Source of the DNA: Amphiscolops sp. MND2022
Taxonomy: Eukaryota
DNA length: 64,000 nucleotides
Assembly (NCBI GenBank): GCA_964187785.1
Contig: OZ076409.1
Location: 7,690,001-7,754,000, forward strand
Direction: 5' to 3'
Part shown: piece after piece, positions 13,146-27,198 of the stretch
Position numbering within the stretch: the first letter of the stretch is position 1
Layout of the letters: the number at the start of each line of letters is the position of its first letter
Notes under the pieces: generated by a model
Told to the model about the DNA's origin: nothing
Databases searched by the model: none
What the model saw: the letters and a program-made list of their open reading frames with translations, nothing else
Translations under genes and position numbers: made by a program

Positions 13146-13326
13146 TCATAACTCTCTCTCTTAAAGTAAAAATGGGAATAAGATCTAAGGGGAATAAGAA
13201 CTTATTGCAGTTCGCATTGATGCGAGACGTTTTTGTACCGGGCTCCAATTTGTTGAGTTGCAAAATCAAGTTATGTTGGTCGAGTACTGTTGATTTTGCT
13301 TTTTTCGCTTGTATTTCGTTTTTTTT

Positions 13327-13609
13327 TGTACTGACCTACATTAACAACCAATAGTATTTAGATGTTTATAGAATGTTCTAGAATGTACATTTATTTAATA
13401 TTGAATGACTGTAAAACTCTACTCCTTCAGCGAGAGGAAACTATTATTCAGTATTTAGTCGACTTCCTTTCTTCCTTTTTTCAGACCTCCAAGTTTTATT
13501 AGTGTTAGCTAGCTAGCATTGATCTGAGTAGTCTTGTCTTAAAACTTAGACCTGTACCATCTAGTTACAAGACCATCAACGTAAAAATTCAACTCTAAAA
13601 AGCAGCACA
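13327..13609 (+). repeat. 5' LTR of element B
   Basis: Direct repeat of 31369-31651, same length, with scattered substitutions; TG...CA ends. Confidence 0.95.
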
Positions 13610-13612
13610 ATT

Positions 13613-13630
13613 TGGTGCGACTTGTAAAAA
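13613..13630 (+). promoter_or_regulatory. Putative primer-binding site of element B
   Basis: TGG start 3 nt after the LTR end; cognate tRNA not identified. Confidence 0.5.
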
Positions 13631-13934
13631 ATCTCTTTTTCGCTGAATGATTTCTCTTTTCTCATCAAAACACAAACTACCACATCTTTTCTTGGAAATT
13701 CTTTCTGATTGCAGTGATATTTTTCTAGATTTCCTAGAAAACATATTCTGTACCTTTCTGAATTGCTTCAAAAAATACATCCTTGTTAGACAAAAATTTT
13801 CTCCATCTGAAGTATAATAAATATTCATCAACACCGGTTTATCACGTTTTTCTATAAACGTCGACTCGGTTCTCCTTCTGTTCTCTTCTTTGCCGGTTTA
13901 TCACGTTTTCTAACACGTTGATACGGTACATTTT

Positions 13935-14075
13935 CAGACTGATTCATCCACAGTGACACAGTTCTGCTCTTCTTTCAGACTGCTTTATCCACCACAGTGA
14001 CACAGTTCTGCTCCTTTTCCAGACTGATTTATCCATAGCGACACAGTTCTGTTCTCCATACTGATTTATCACAGC
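13935..14075 (+). repeat. Tandem ~40-bp repeats in the element B leader
   Basis: CAGACTGATT(C/T)ATCCACAGTGACACAGTTCTGCTC repeated 3-4 times. CCGGTTTATCACGTTTT repeats nearby at 13834 and 13893. Confidence 0.8.
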
Positions 14076-15483
14076 TATCCGGAAGCTCGTTGAAACAGTT
14101 TTTCTTCTGTCCGGTTTGTCAAGGTTTTCTAACACCTTTGACACGACAATAACTTCTTCAATCCTGCTATCTTGAACGTCAGGTGGACTCCTGGTGTAAT
14201 AGTTGGCTGAGTGCATGCCAGACTCACCTCACCTATAAGCACATACGTTCCAAGATTAACTTCGTGTTGGCAAAAAACCTGGATTTTCTACTCTTACGTT
14301 TCGGATCCATTTTCTAAAAAAATCTTCAAACAATTCTACATTCAGAATTAGCCTCTGAAACTCATAAACAGAAACCAAGTCTTTTAATACTTCTTTCGTA
14401 ACTTGTCTCTGTTAACAATACCAATACCATCCAATATTTTTAACAATCCAAAAAACATTTTAGTGAACAAAGCAAGCATACAATTTTAACGCAACTCTTT
14501 TGCCCTAAAATCTAAACTAAGACATGCAAATAAAACAGACACTGTAAAAATAGTTTTATACTCTCAGGCACCCGCAATTCCTGTTCCCTCCCGTAAGACT
14601 TAAACAATCAGATTCTAGCTTCTAGCTTCAACATCTGATTTTAAGGCTGACTAAACACCTTAGTTAAGTTTAAACGTCATTAAGGAGAATCTAGAGGACA
14701 CCGAACTACGTTCGAATCTTCGAAATTCTCAGGAAGTAAAAGTAAAAGTAAAAGCACAGAAGATCAATATTTGATCTTGATCAGTATTGATCAGTCTTTG
14801 GATAGTGGACGGTGATTGTTCAGAGTTCCACTCCCTTAGTCTTGAAAAACATACAACCCACTTAAAATTAAAACCTCCTTAGCTTTTCTGGACGTGCCAA
14901 TAACCTTATGTTAGACACCTTAATTGAAGTCCAGCTCTAAAAATACAACTCTCACTGGACGTGTCAGTGACCTTATGTCAGACACTTAACTCCAGACTAC
15001 AATCATAAGGTGATTCTGTTAACAATCCTTGAGGTTGAATACAGATTCATTTGCATCCGCTTTCTCTTCTCTATCTTTAACAACAAAACCCTACACAACC
15101 AAAATTTATGAATTCAAACACACATAATCGATCCTTGAATAATTCAACTCCTTTAAATCCACACTACGAACAATATTTTTTCTATATTCTGAACCAACAA
15201 CAAACTCACTCAAGATCACGAACTCAATATCTTCACAAAAAATTATTCCATACTACTACATCTCTACTTTTACCTTTTTAAATACCTCTTCAATTTTAAT
15301 CTAGAATATTGTAACCAAAAGCCACAATAAAAGTAACAACAAACCCCAATATTAAACTTAGACATCATTACATGTGGGAAAAGGTTACCACAATATTTCT
15401 TATCACCACATATACATTTTGCGTTCTTTTCCTCTTTTGCATATTGTTGGAAAAGTTACTCACATCAAAAAATAATCTTTAAT

Positions 15484-18400
15484 ATGAAATCTTCAAAATC
15501 GTCCCCTTCCCCTTTTGAAATACTTAACATTAAAAACACAAAAGTAGTAAAAACAGAAATGAAACCATTTCTAAACAATATTGTTTATAATTATACAAAA
15601 CCACTGTCATTTGAAAATGAACCCTACAGCCTTGAAACAATTCCTCTTATTAGAGAACATCTGGATACATATCTCTTCTATATTAGACATAGATCTACAA
15701 CTATATCTACAGAATTTCCAGCTTTTCAGATTACTTTCCCTCAACAAGAAACTTCTTCAACCCAAACATATAGAAGAACAATTAACCCAATTAATTTCAA
15801 GTTCATATTAAAGACGTTTTTTATGCCTTTTCAAACCAAGTAAGAGAATTCAATTTATCACTCGAAAATCCAAAAAATAGCCCAAATGCACTTCAAGAAA
15901 TTGAACGATACATACACAATTTTGAAGTAGAAGATATAGAAAGAATAGTTATATCTCAAGATAATCCTCATCATTGGTTACAAACAAACATAATACAAAT
16001 ACAAAGTTTCTCATATCATTATCTCAAAGACATAACATTGAACGAACAATCAATATCTCAAATCAAATTAATATCTTTATTCCTTAGAAAAGTTTTCAGA
16101 TTCAATCATCAAATAATATGGGCAGGAAAAGATCAAGCTGCGTTCACAGCATTCACAAATCATTTTACATCTGATGAATGTCTACCATTCATGATAAATA
16201 AAAAGAATGAACACCCTTATTTTTTCAAACCAGATAAAATAACAAAAGAAACCATTGACCTTGTATCTTTTGATCCTCGTTTGATTACAGAAAACAATCT
16301 TATTGATGATAACAGACCCTACCGTTATGAACAAAATAGTAAAAAAACAACAAAGTTTATTCACTAAAAATGAAAACTACAATGAAAACGATAACAATAA
16401 TGAAGAATACACTCTCGAAAATCAAAAATAAAAAACCGTAATGAAGCTATGGTACATCACATAAATGAAAATACTAGTGAATATACTACCCCAGAATCTA
16501 CTACTTCGGCACAAGATGCATCACAAGCTGGGACCTCAACAAACAATCACATTGTTAGAATTCCAACTAGAGTTGTTAGTCCAAGACCAATTACGTATGA
16601 TCCACAATCATATTCAGATACTTCTCCACGACGCAACATTACCTTCAACTTTCCCTCTAATTCAGATGATGAGATACAAGAGGAAACTCAAAATATAACC
16701 TCATACCGTATTACTTCTGTTGATGTCTCGTCACCTACAAGAACTAACCTCGATAATACACAAAATATAAAAACTACACAAAATATAACTCGATCTATGT
16801 ACGATGCTTCATCGCTTCCTTCTACATTTAAATATCCAAACAAAACAATTCGATCTGAAAATAATAATAATCAACAAACTTCTTCCAGTCGATATTATAA
16901 CCCATTCAACTATTCCTTTTGTCCACAATCTAATACAAATATTCAATCGAATAATGATCAAAATTCTTTTCAATCTAACAATAATCCAAATTTGTTAACA
17001 CATCACTCATTCCCACAGCCATTACCAACAAATTCCACACAAACAAACTCTTTCTCACAAAACCAAAGAATACCATATTCTAACATTGTACAATCTTCTC
17101 AAAGACGATTTCAAAATCCTCCACTTTCACATATATCTACCGACCCCTTATATCAAATGAATCAACATACAATTTACAACCCTACTCAAATTTCATCAAC
17201 TGTAAACATGGCACAATCCAATCTGTAACTCCTCCACCCCAGTATATACCGATACAACAAGATACATTCATAAATACTTCAGCTTCAATAACAGAACCTA
17301 TGAAACCTTTTGACGGTTTAGATAATTCGTACACCCCAGAAGAATATTTACAACAAGTGGAAGCAAGATTAACCTTTGCCATAGGTGAAGAACCTCAAAA
17401 TAATCCTGTAAAGTACAGATCATGGCATAATAGACGCATGGCATATATACAATGTTCTTTAATAGGAACAGCCCTTGACTGGTACACTAATCTTCACATA
17501 TCATATAAACAACAATGGAATCCATTTGTACAATTATTTAAAAAACAATTTTCTCAAAAAACAGCTTTTTACGCACAAGTAGAAGCTATGTCACTCATGA
17601 AAAAAGACAATGAGACAGTACGTCATTTCGCTCTTAGAGTACCACAGTTAGTTAAAAAGGGATGGTGTAATGAAAATGCAGCCACTATAAACTTCAAAAA
17701 TAATGAATTTTTTACAGAAGGATTACCTAAAAAGTTGAAGGATTTTGAACACAAAAGACAAGTTAAACACGTATCAACATTAATTGAACCGTCAAATCCA
17801 TTTCACACACGTGTTCGACATGTTGATTCTGAAGATATTGCTAACGAAAAAATCAGAACCATTGATTTAGCCTTAGAAATAAACAAAATATCCATTGACA
17901 ACGACATAAATGACAAGAAAGTAGAACATGACCATATAATTGGTTACTCAGCCTGGAGACCCAAATAACAAGGGTAAACCAGCTTATAAAAAATAATTCA
18001 CTTATTGTCATAAAAACAATCACGGTGTTTCGAATTGTTACCAAAAACAACGTGATGAAGAACACCAAAAATATAGAAATCCGAGACCAAGAACTCCCCA
18101 ACAATCGTTCGTACAAAACTTCCGTAGTAAACCTAGCAATTCTCAAGATAACCGAACTGAAAATAAAACTGATTATTCTTCTAGAGATAATGATTGTAGT
18201 AGATATAGCCAAAACTACTACCATAATGATAGATATAGAAATCATGATAGATACCGAAGTAACCTTAGAGATTATTCAAAAACAATTATATATCTAATTC
18301 TCGACAAAGATACTACATTAGATCTCAAAGTCCATATTCATCCAGATCTAGATATGACAACCATTATCAAAGAAGAACTCCATCCAGATCTCCATATAGA

Positions 18401-18540
18401 TCACCATACAGAAATATCTCTAATTACTGATATAATTCTCGATCAAGATATAGATCTCGTTCTCAATCACAAGGAAATTCCTTTAAACGATATAATTACC
18501 CATATAGATTTCCATCTAAACCAAGAGATAACAGATCACT
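15484..18540 (+). pseudogene. gag: Element B gag with long N-terminal extension, disrupted
   Basis: ORF 17300-17968 (MKPFDGLD...EEYLQQVEAR...LIGTALDWY...W..FVQLF) is a retrotransposon capsid-type domain. Partial Zn knuckle YCHKNNHGVSNC at ~18003-18038, then an Arg/Ser-rich tail. Upstream ORF pieces 15484-17228. Start uncertain. Confidence 0.75.
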
Positions 18541-21500
18541 GAAGTAAATCATCAAAATCGATCTTTCAATATTGAATTTGCAGTAGCATCAAATATAATA
18601 TTCTTGGAGCACCCTTCTTCAAGAAAAATATTCAAAATATAGACTTTCAACAAAATATTATGACTTATAAAAAACAACATCCAAAACTTCCACATTTTTC
18701 GACATTCACAGAAAAAGACTACCCATATATTTCGTACATTTATACCATCAATTGTAAAGAACCAATTCATTGTAAACCGGGGTCAGGAAAGACTATACAT
18801 TTCCCGATCAAAAATTATCTCAACTTACACTTTGAACTTGAAGATAATACTAAATTGTACCCATCAATTCCATATACATACTTTTTACAAAAATTTAAAG
18901 ATATTTTTCATTTCTTAGATATGATCATAAATGAAAAAAATAAAGACTCATGCTCAACAGTAATTCAAAATTTTACATCTCATCCAGCTACACTACCACG
19001 AGGAATTATTGGATACATAGAGATCCCTATTATTCAAACAACACCTCCTTGTTATAGAGTTCAAGACGTAAACTCACTCATTCATTCAGTAATACATACC
19101 TATCATCCTGATACTACTCTTCCAATTAAACAAAATGATTATACAGATATGAAATTATGTACTCAAGTAATTCCACAATCTTTATCAGAAAATAATAATA
19201 TGGAAATTAATGACAAAACACTTCAATTACCTATACATTCTGTCACAGGAAACCTTCGACCTTCAGATAAAATTAGAAAAGATTTTCCTCTCCTTCCATA
19301 TACTGCAGAAAATCAGCAATTTATAAAAAATTTAACTTCGAATACTCTGATTTGACCGATACTGAATTTGTAAATCTATGCAATATTCTTATGAATAATC
19401 AACATTGTTACGCTAAACACAAAAACGACGAAGGAAAAACATACCCCTTTCAGAATCAGAATTAAAGAAAACTGTAAACTGCAAACGCAAAGACCTTCCC
19501 TTCTAAGGTACCACTTCACTACAGAGATAGATTAAACAAACTCTTAACAGAACTTGAAAAATATAATATAATAAAACAAATTGGCTCTTCATCAGATGAG
19601 AAGCATACCACTGGAACAACATTTAATCTAAACCCAATAATTATTATCCCTAAAGGAGATTCAATAAAAGTTGTTCTAGATGCAAGACATTTAAATTCAA
19701 ACGCAAACCAAGAACTTGAATCTTGGCCCATTGAACCTTTAGCCCCTCAATTAGCCAGAGCTAATAAGAAATACAAATCAACCATTGACTTAATGTACGC
19801 ATATGCGCATACTCCATTAGATGAAAAAACAATCAAACTCACAGGATTTTCATCCGGAGACAAATTATATACCTTTATCCGTGGATTCTGTGGATTAAAA
19901 GGACTCCAATCTTTTTCACAAAACGGATGTCAACTTTCTTTCGATCACTCATAGATAAACGCTCTGCACTTGTGTATATTGATGATATAATATCACTAGC
20001 AGATGAAAAGCAAGAAATGTTTGAACTCATCAAAGAACTTCATAAAATAGCAACAAAAGAAAATCTCCAACTTGCACCTGAAAAATCATTCTACATGTTA
20101 CTTAAAGTAAAATTCCATGGACATGAAGTAGGAAATAACACCATTAAACCAATCCAATCAAAAATTGAAGCCATTAAAAAAGTCCCATCACCAAAAGATA
20201 AAAAAGGATGTTGTGCAGTTTTTAGGAAGTGTAAACTTCTATTCAAAATTCATTGAAAAACTTCATATAAATCTCAAACCGCTATATACCTTATTACACG
20301 ACGATGTAAAATTCCAATGGACACCTGAACTAGAAAAAATATTCCAAGATGTTAAAAATTCAATGACAGCACACTCCGAATTAACTATACCCAATACAAA
20401 ACATCCATTTTTCATAACAGTTGATGCTTCCTTAGTTGGCTTAGCCGCAGTCCTATTCCAAATGAATGAAGAAAATAAAATGAAAGTTACTTCTTATAAC
20501 TCTCGAATCCTCAACACCCAAGAACAAAACTTTCTACATTAGACCGAGAACTTCTTGCAATAGTCTATGCATTACAAATATATGAATTTCTCATCATTGG
20601 ATCTCCTCATCCAATATATATAATTACCGATCATAAACCTTCATTACACTGTTTTGCCAAAAAAGGAAACCTTAGCCCAAGATTTTATAGAGCACAAATG
20701 CAACTCACAAAATTCTCAAAACTCAAGATCATTCACACCCCTGGAAAAAATTTAACTGTAGCAGATATGCTTTCAAGAACTTTCACCAAAGAACAACTTC
20801 AAATACATCAACTACGACATAAACAACTGCCACCTCAAATCTATTTTTCTAATGAGAAAGACGATCAACTCAAACCTGTAAGTTTTTAGGAAAACAAGAA
20901 GAAATAAAATACAATCGAAAACATTATTGCCATCCAATTCTTGCAGACTATGGAGAAGACCAATTTTCCATTCGAATAAACAACAGAGGAGAAGATATTC
21001 ATATGAAACCTTTGGATTCATTTTCTTTTCAATCGATTGTTCCATTTGAATCTGAATACAAAAGACCCACAAAAAATAAAACAAAATCACTTCTACAACA
21101 ATCAACTATCCTTAACAACACTGATATTCTGAAGATGAAATTAATCATTCACAAGATACAAAAGATCAAAACACAACTACATTAAGAACAAACTCTTGCA
21201 ATACAATATCCTACCAAATCTGATTATTGCAATCAACAAGTTCCTTTTTTCGACCCATCATTTATTAAGTATAAAAAACACTTTAATTAATTCTTCCTCC
21301 CAGAAGGTACCCCACTAACAATCGAAACTAAAAAATCACAACAAAAACACGATCCCGTTCTACAAAGAAATTATCATTGGTTACAAAATAACGAAAAACC
21401 TTTACAAATAGATCCAACAATAGCAACTAACAATAACAACTAACTCTTTTTTATCACAAACTTTATTTTTATACTACAAACTTTTCCACCAACTGTACAT

Positions 21501-23130
21501 AAACCATGAAACAAAAATCATCCGCATAAAATATTCCAATATACATGACTCAAACCCTAATCCAAACGACAAAATATGTTTACCATTTAAACTCTTTCAT
21601 GCAGCTTTCAATACACTCCATGCACATGGACACTCAGGAATTAAAACTTCCATAAAAATTATTAATCAATTTTTTTATACCATTTTTAAATGAATGGATG
21701 TCAATATTCATTCATGATTGCATTGCATGTCAACAAAACAAACATATTATCCAAAAAATTCAAACTGCAACAATACAAACATTTTCAGAAAATGCTTCAT
21801 ATTTTAACTATCGAAAATCAATGAATACAAAAGGCCCAATAAACCCACCAACCCACCATCTAATCAAAACTCGTATATTCATGTGATAGTAGATGCTTTT
21901 ACCCACTTTGTAGTAAGAGTACATATTAAACAAAACAATGACTAAAACGCTGTCAACTTCTTACTACATCATTGGATCACCAAATTTGGACCTCCAGTAT
22001 GTTTAGTTACAGATCGTTGTTCAGAATATATTAATTCTGAACTTGCAAATCTTTGCACTACAATGGGAATTAGACATTCACCAAGAACACCTTACGCACC
22101 ATGGACAAATGGTTTAGTAGGAAACCAAAATAAAAATCTTGGAACCCATCTTCGACTTTTCTTACATAATACACCAGAAAACTGGTCTACTCAAGTCCAT
22201 ATGTACGCTTATGCACATAATTCACAACCACTCTCTGGAATAAATCTTTCGCAATACGAAATAGTATTTCACACTATACCGAGAATCCCCATCAATTTTG
22301 AACTCATCCTCCAACGAGACACTTATAGAAACTGCACATCTCAATTTTGTCAAAATCTACCACTACACACACATGATAAATCAAACTTAAATCCCTTCTT
22401 CCATAAAATCTTATCAAAACCAATTCCACAATGGATTTTAGCTACGGAAACAGCTATGATACAAATTTACCATACAGTATTTGAAAATACAAAAAGAAAA
22501 AATAAGTCATTTGTTTATTTCAACAAAACATATAATAATGCAAGACCCTTAGACATCGGCACTTTTGTATTAAAAAGAAATTTTCTCCATGTTCATTTTT
22601 CAGACAAACTGAAACCACTTAGAATTGGACCATTTAAAATCATCTATAAAATTTCTGACATTACATATGAAATTGTTAATCAAGATGGTTATACTTCTCA
22701 TATACATAGAAACCATTTAGTTCCTTACTATCCAAAAGAACCACTCATTTTTCCTTTCATACAAAATTTCAACCCACATTCCTCTGACAATAATACTGAT
22801 AATAATAATTCAAGTACGAAAGACTCGATAAATCCTTTTATATCTTTTTCAGATGAAGAACATTTAGTTGAAGATGAAATTACAAATTCTAATAAAGAAA
22901 CGGAAATACCATCCACAATTGACTTCCAACCAGAATCATTTAGCAAATACGCCTCAATTCCATATAAACAAAATAAACAGCAAAATAGTTACACAGACTC
23001 TGAAGACCAATCTAATATCCACGACTATGACAATTATATTAACCCCTGAAGACACACCCATGACAGATACCATTTCGGCCCACAACCACGAAAAGACTAT
23101 CAACTTTTCCTTGGTGAAAAGGACATAAGT
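18541..23130 (+). pseudogene. pol: Element B pol (protease C-terminal remnant, RT, RNase H, integrase), disrupted
   Basis: NILGAPFF (protease C-terminus; DTG part not found). RT motifs VLDARHLN, IDLMYAY and YIDD (~19975). RNase H ITVDAS. Integrase CIACQ, PWTNGLV and IGPFKI. Many frameshifts. Confidence 0.92.
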
Positions 23131-23373
23131 TCATTTTCTCAAAATTCCTGCTGAATGAAAGTTGAATGAAAAAGTAAGAAATAAGTAAAGGTAAATAGTA
23201 ACCCGAAGAAAGAACACTAAAAAGAAGATTGCATTAGTGAAGCTTATGATTAAAAAGGTGAACAATAATACTTCAAGATTGATAGCCATACAACTTCACC
23301 TTCTTCAACTAGAAACAATTCATCATCTAGTTCAACTCATTCATTCCAAACATTACCCGAATAAACAGCATAT

Positions 23374-24671
23374 TTGAATTCAGATACAGACATACTGGAT
23401 TCCTCACCCTCAAATCCTAGTCCTACCGCTCCATATTCTCCCGATAGAATAACAACAACACCTAATAATACTCCAATACTTCAAACTCAAACAACAACAG
23501 CTCAATCACAAAATTTACCGTTCCTAGAAACTAATTCACCTGCAAGTGACTCATGTGATGAATCGCTTACCTCTAATGTGCAAGATACGTCAAGTATCAT
23601 AAATAGACCCCCTCTTCCACCAATTCCTACTACGCGTACTTTACATATTCCTGAGCCTGATTCAGATCTTCAATACAATAGCTCCTGTTCACACAGAATA
23701 CCAACTGCCACAAAAACAATTAGAAAAACTCCTATTCCAACACTACCAAAAAACACTCCTATACCATCAACAAGTCAAACTCCAATTAAAATTATACCAG
23801 AACATACAACTAATTCACCATCTGATATAAGTTCATTTTCATTCTCTCAATTATATCCAAAACTAGAACGTCTAAAATCAAGCACCAACTCATCTTTAAC
23901 AGATTTATACCATAAAGATAAAGACTCTGATTCAACAGCTAGTACCCGAGTACCAAGTCACAGTTATAACCTTAGGTCTCAACCACGAAAACTTTCTCAA
24001 GAATTATCATCTTTAACTAGTTCTAGTACAAATTCAAGACTAGTTAGACAACAAGCACAACCCAGATCAAATATTCTTTTTCTTTCCTCATCTCACCTCA
24101 CAATACCATCATCCTTATCAATACCATTTCAAGTCACATCAGGATTTGAATCAGCATCTCTCATTTCAGAAGATCCCCTTACTATATCAGATAGCGCCGC
24201 AAATTTCTCACGAGTTTATTCTCCTAGCTCAATATTATCTGATTCATCAATACAATTACCTGAATACTTCTTAGAAGTATTTTCGAGACCTCCTACACCA
24301 AACCCACACGAATATCCCATCCGTGTTAACTCAACGATTATTCGTACTCTTAACGAAGACCCTCGATATACAGTACTCCCTCTTAGATTTATAAATAATA
24401 GCTCTCTCTCTCAAACTCACGAAAACAAAGGGAACTACAAAGACTAAAAGAAACTCAATTAACATTAAAATTTGAAGTCGAAGTTACATTCAACTCTTTA
24501 AACCTTCATCCATTTTCTCTTTCAACAAGAGTAGCACATAAAACAACTTCTTCACCATTCATAGTCTCTTCAATCTCTTATCTTTGTGACGCCGAACTAC
24601 CAGAAATTAGAACTGGACACATAAACTTCTTTAATCCCTATTCAGGACTTAATTATAGAACTATTATTTAA
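23374..24671 (+). pseudogene. Extra ORF of element B: Ser/Thr/Pro-rich protein with a probable frameshifted globular C-terminus; function unknown
   Basis: 357-aa low-complexity ORF 23374-24447 between integrase and env. Coding-like sequence continues in another frame to just before the env ATG. Confidence 0.5.
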
Positions 24672-24673
24672 AT

Positions 24674-27198
24674 ATGATAGACATACTTTTCATTACATAT
24701 ATCGTATATCTAATACACCTAACTAATACGACGTCAGTTCCAAAAGCTGATACAACAAATCCGGAAAACCATATTTCACCACAAGACCCAAACATAACAA
24801 ACCTCATGGTATCTCATTATGACTGTGCAAAACAAAATAACTTAAGACAATTTAGTTTACTAAATGTTGAACCATATAAACAAGCACCCTCAGATATACA
24901 ACATTCAAAAACACAAGCAACAGTTTATGTTAGAGTAAAAGCAAAAAGAATCAAAGCTTTCAAATGCAAAGCATTTGGAAAAACAGAAAAAGTTTGGTGT
25001 TCCCAAACATTTTCATCCAGCAGACGATATGATCGTTTACAATGGGGACAGAATACATTAGAACTTCCAAAAATACTATAACCTATTGAATGTAAAATAT
25101 GATAAGATTTTTAAACGCAACCGATAGTAATGAATTAAACAATTACAACATACAAAGTTCCTTCTCATTTTTTGTCCAACAACCATTTAGAATAAACGAT
25201 GTAAATGCTTGGCAAATTGGACCATTCGTATATGATGAACGTCACCAAGACTGGATAGTTAATTTTACACAAAATCATTATTCAAGATGTAGAAGCGACA
25301 GAGAACATTTAATAACCCGACAAAGTTGGAAACTTAGAATAACCAATGCTGAAATAACCTATGATGATAAAAATAACCAACTGATTCATGATGGATACAT
25401 ACTACCATGTTATCACTCCGACGTATTTTGTAAACCCACTACAAGAACTCTATATATACTAACATGGTTTGATGAAAAATTTTGTCTCATATTTAGATTA
25501 CAGGAATTCATTGGAAGAATGACAAGAATCAAAGACCGTTATCGGATAGAAACAGATAATTTTATCGATTCCTCAAATATTACAAAACACCTTCAGACTG
25601 AAGGATCAAAAGGAACAAAATATCCCAATGTCAAAACACCACAATCAACTGTAGACAACCCAAGTCTTTCTCGAATTGAAATATATCCCATTGCACAAAC
25701 TTTTTGTGGAAAACTAGAACCACTATTTTCAACACAATACGAAGACATTTTTGTTACCTATTCAGACGGCTTTGATATGAACACTGGACAACCAAAACCA
25801 CATTCAATAATAGACCAAAATATAAGTGAAAAATACAGTTTGATAATTCTAATAAAAAATATATATTCCCTGCATTAAATAAATCAAATAATTTTGCGAC
25901 AATAAATTAGGATGCTCATATTAATACCAAAATTGATTTCACAATTAATCACGTATTTAAATCAATGACAGTACAAGAACTAAACACTCTCCACACAGTA
26001 TGTGAACTAGAAAGAACACAATTGTTAACAATCTTAGCTATGTCAGTTAAGAACCCTCAATTAGCCGGTTTCCTTTTAACAGGAAATCGCAGTAACTTTC
26101 ACAATGTAGAAGGATCTACAGCATGGCTGTATGATTGCCCTCATTTAATATCGCCATTATACAAAGCAGACAAATGCTTTGATAGAATCCCTATACATTA
26201 TAGAGAAACTATCATCTATGTAGACCCCATAACAAGACAAACTTTTAATTATGCTACACCAATAGAATGTGGAAATAATCACAAAATATTATTGAATTAG
26301 ACCCAGATGCAGACGACGGAGATTTCTATGTGTTAACACCAGACCCGCTGAAAAGGGAACCACCACAAATGTTTAAACCAACTCAGATAAAGACAACAAT
26401 AACACCCAATACATTCACAGCTCAAGACGCCGGTATTTACTCAAATGGAATGCAAAATTGGATCAATTCTGGAATAGAGTATTATTCGCTAATTATTCAG
26501 ATACAACTCTCCAATTACTTGGAAAATCATTAAGTTACGATTTCATTACAATGCACAATGAACAACATTCCCACACCGAATCAAAGCCTTATAATCATTT
26601 AAGGATTGGATTACATGATCATTTGTTATATTTATTACCATGTTTTAACCCTAATTGGTTCAGTCAAGCATTCATTAATATATTTGGATATCCATGTTAT
26701 ATTTTAACACAATGTGGAATTTATCTATCTACCTTTCTTTTTATAAGAGAAGTTTTAACTTTCCTTCTCAGATTTTACAGGACAAATAGTATAAAACATA
26801 AACTCCAAAGCAACATCTCCATTTTGAGTTCAATAGCCCATGGATTTTTTAAAATAGTCACATCGGAAATGGTTACCGATTTAAATAATACAGGAAAACG
26901 CAAACGGATAAACACTAAACACAAAATTACAACAAGTGAAAATGATCATATCCTGTTATCCGAAAAAGAAACAACCAGTGAAATAAGAAGATACTCTGAT
27001 AATGACTCCCCTTATTTACCTCCTAAATATACAAGTAAAAATTCAACCTTTCAATCACCAAAAAAGACACACCCAAACAACATTAATGATATTAAAACAT
27101 CTCAAAATTCCCAAGATTATGACGCCTTAGTAAAAGATGTAATAGCTTCACCGGAAAGCCCCGCAAAAGTTTTCATAAAATTTAATTCCTCCCATTAA
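24674..27198 (+). pseudogene. env: env-like glycoprotein of element B (chuvirus-G/gB-type class III fusion protein-like), frameshifted
   Basis: N-terminal hydrophobic signal (MIDILFITYIVYLIHL), SHYDC...FSLLNVE, CELERTQLL...NPQLAGFLL...EG...DC...CFDRIPI...VDPITR...C, AGIYS, a C-terminal hydrophobic segment and a tail. Spread over ORFs 24674-25081, 25099-25878, 25965-26300, 26330-26533 and 26458-27198. Confidence 0.8.

Noticed and set aside
13935..14075. Regularly spaced repeats as a CRISPR-like array
   Set aside because: The units are head-to-tail with no unique spacers, sit in an LTR element leader, and there are no cas genes or prokaryotic context.
18540..18620. Naturally protease-less design of element B
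   Set aside because: The protease C-terminal motif (NILGAPFF) remains, so the missing DTG half is best explained by a deletion in this copy.
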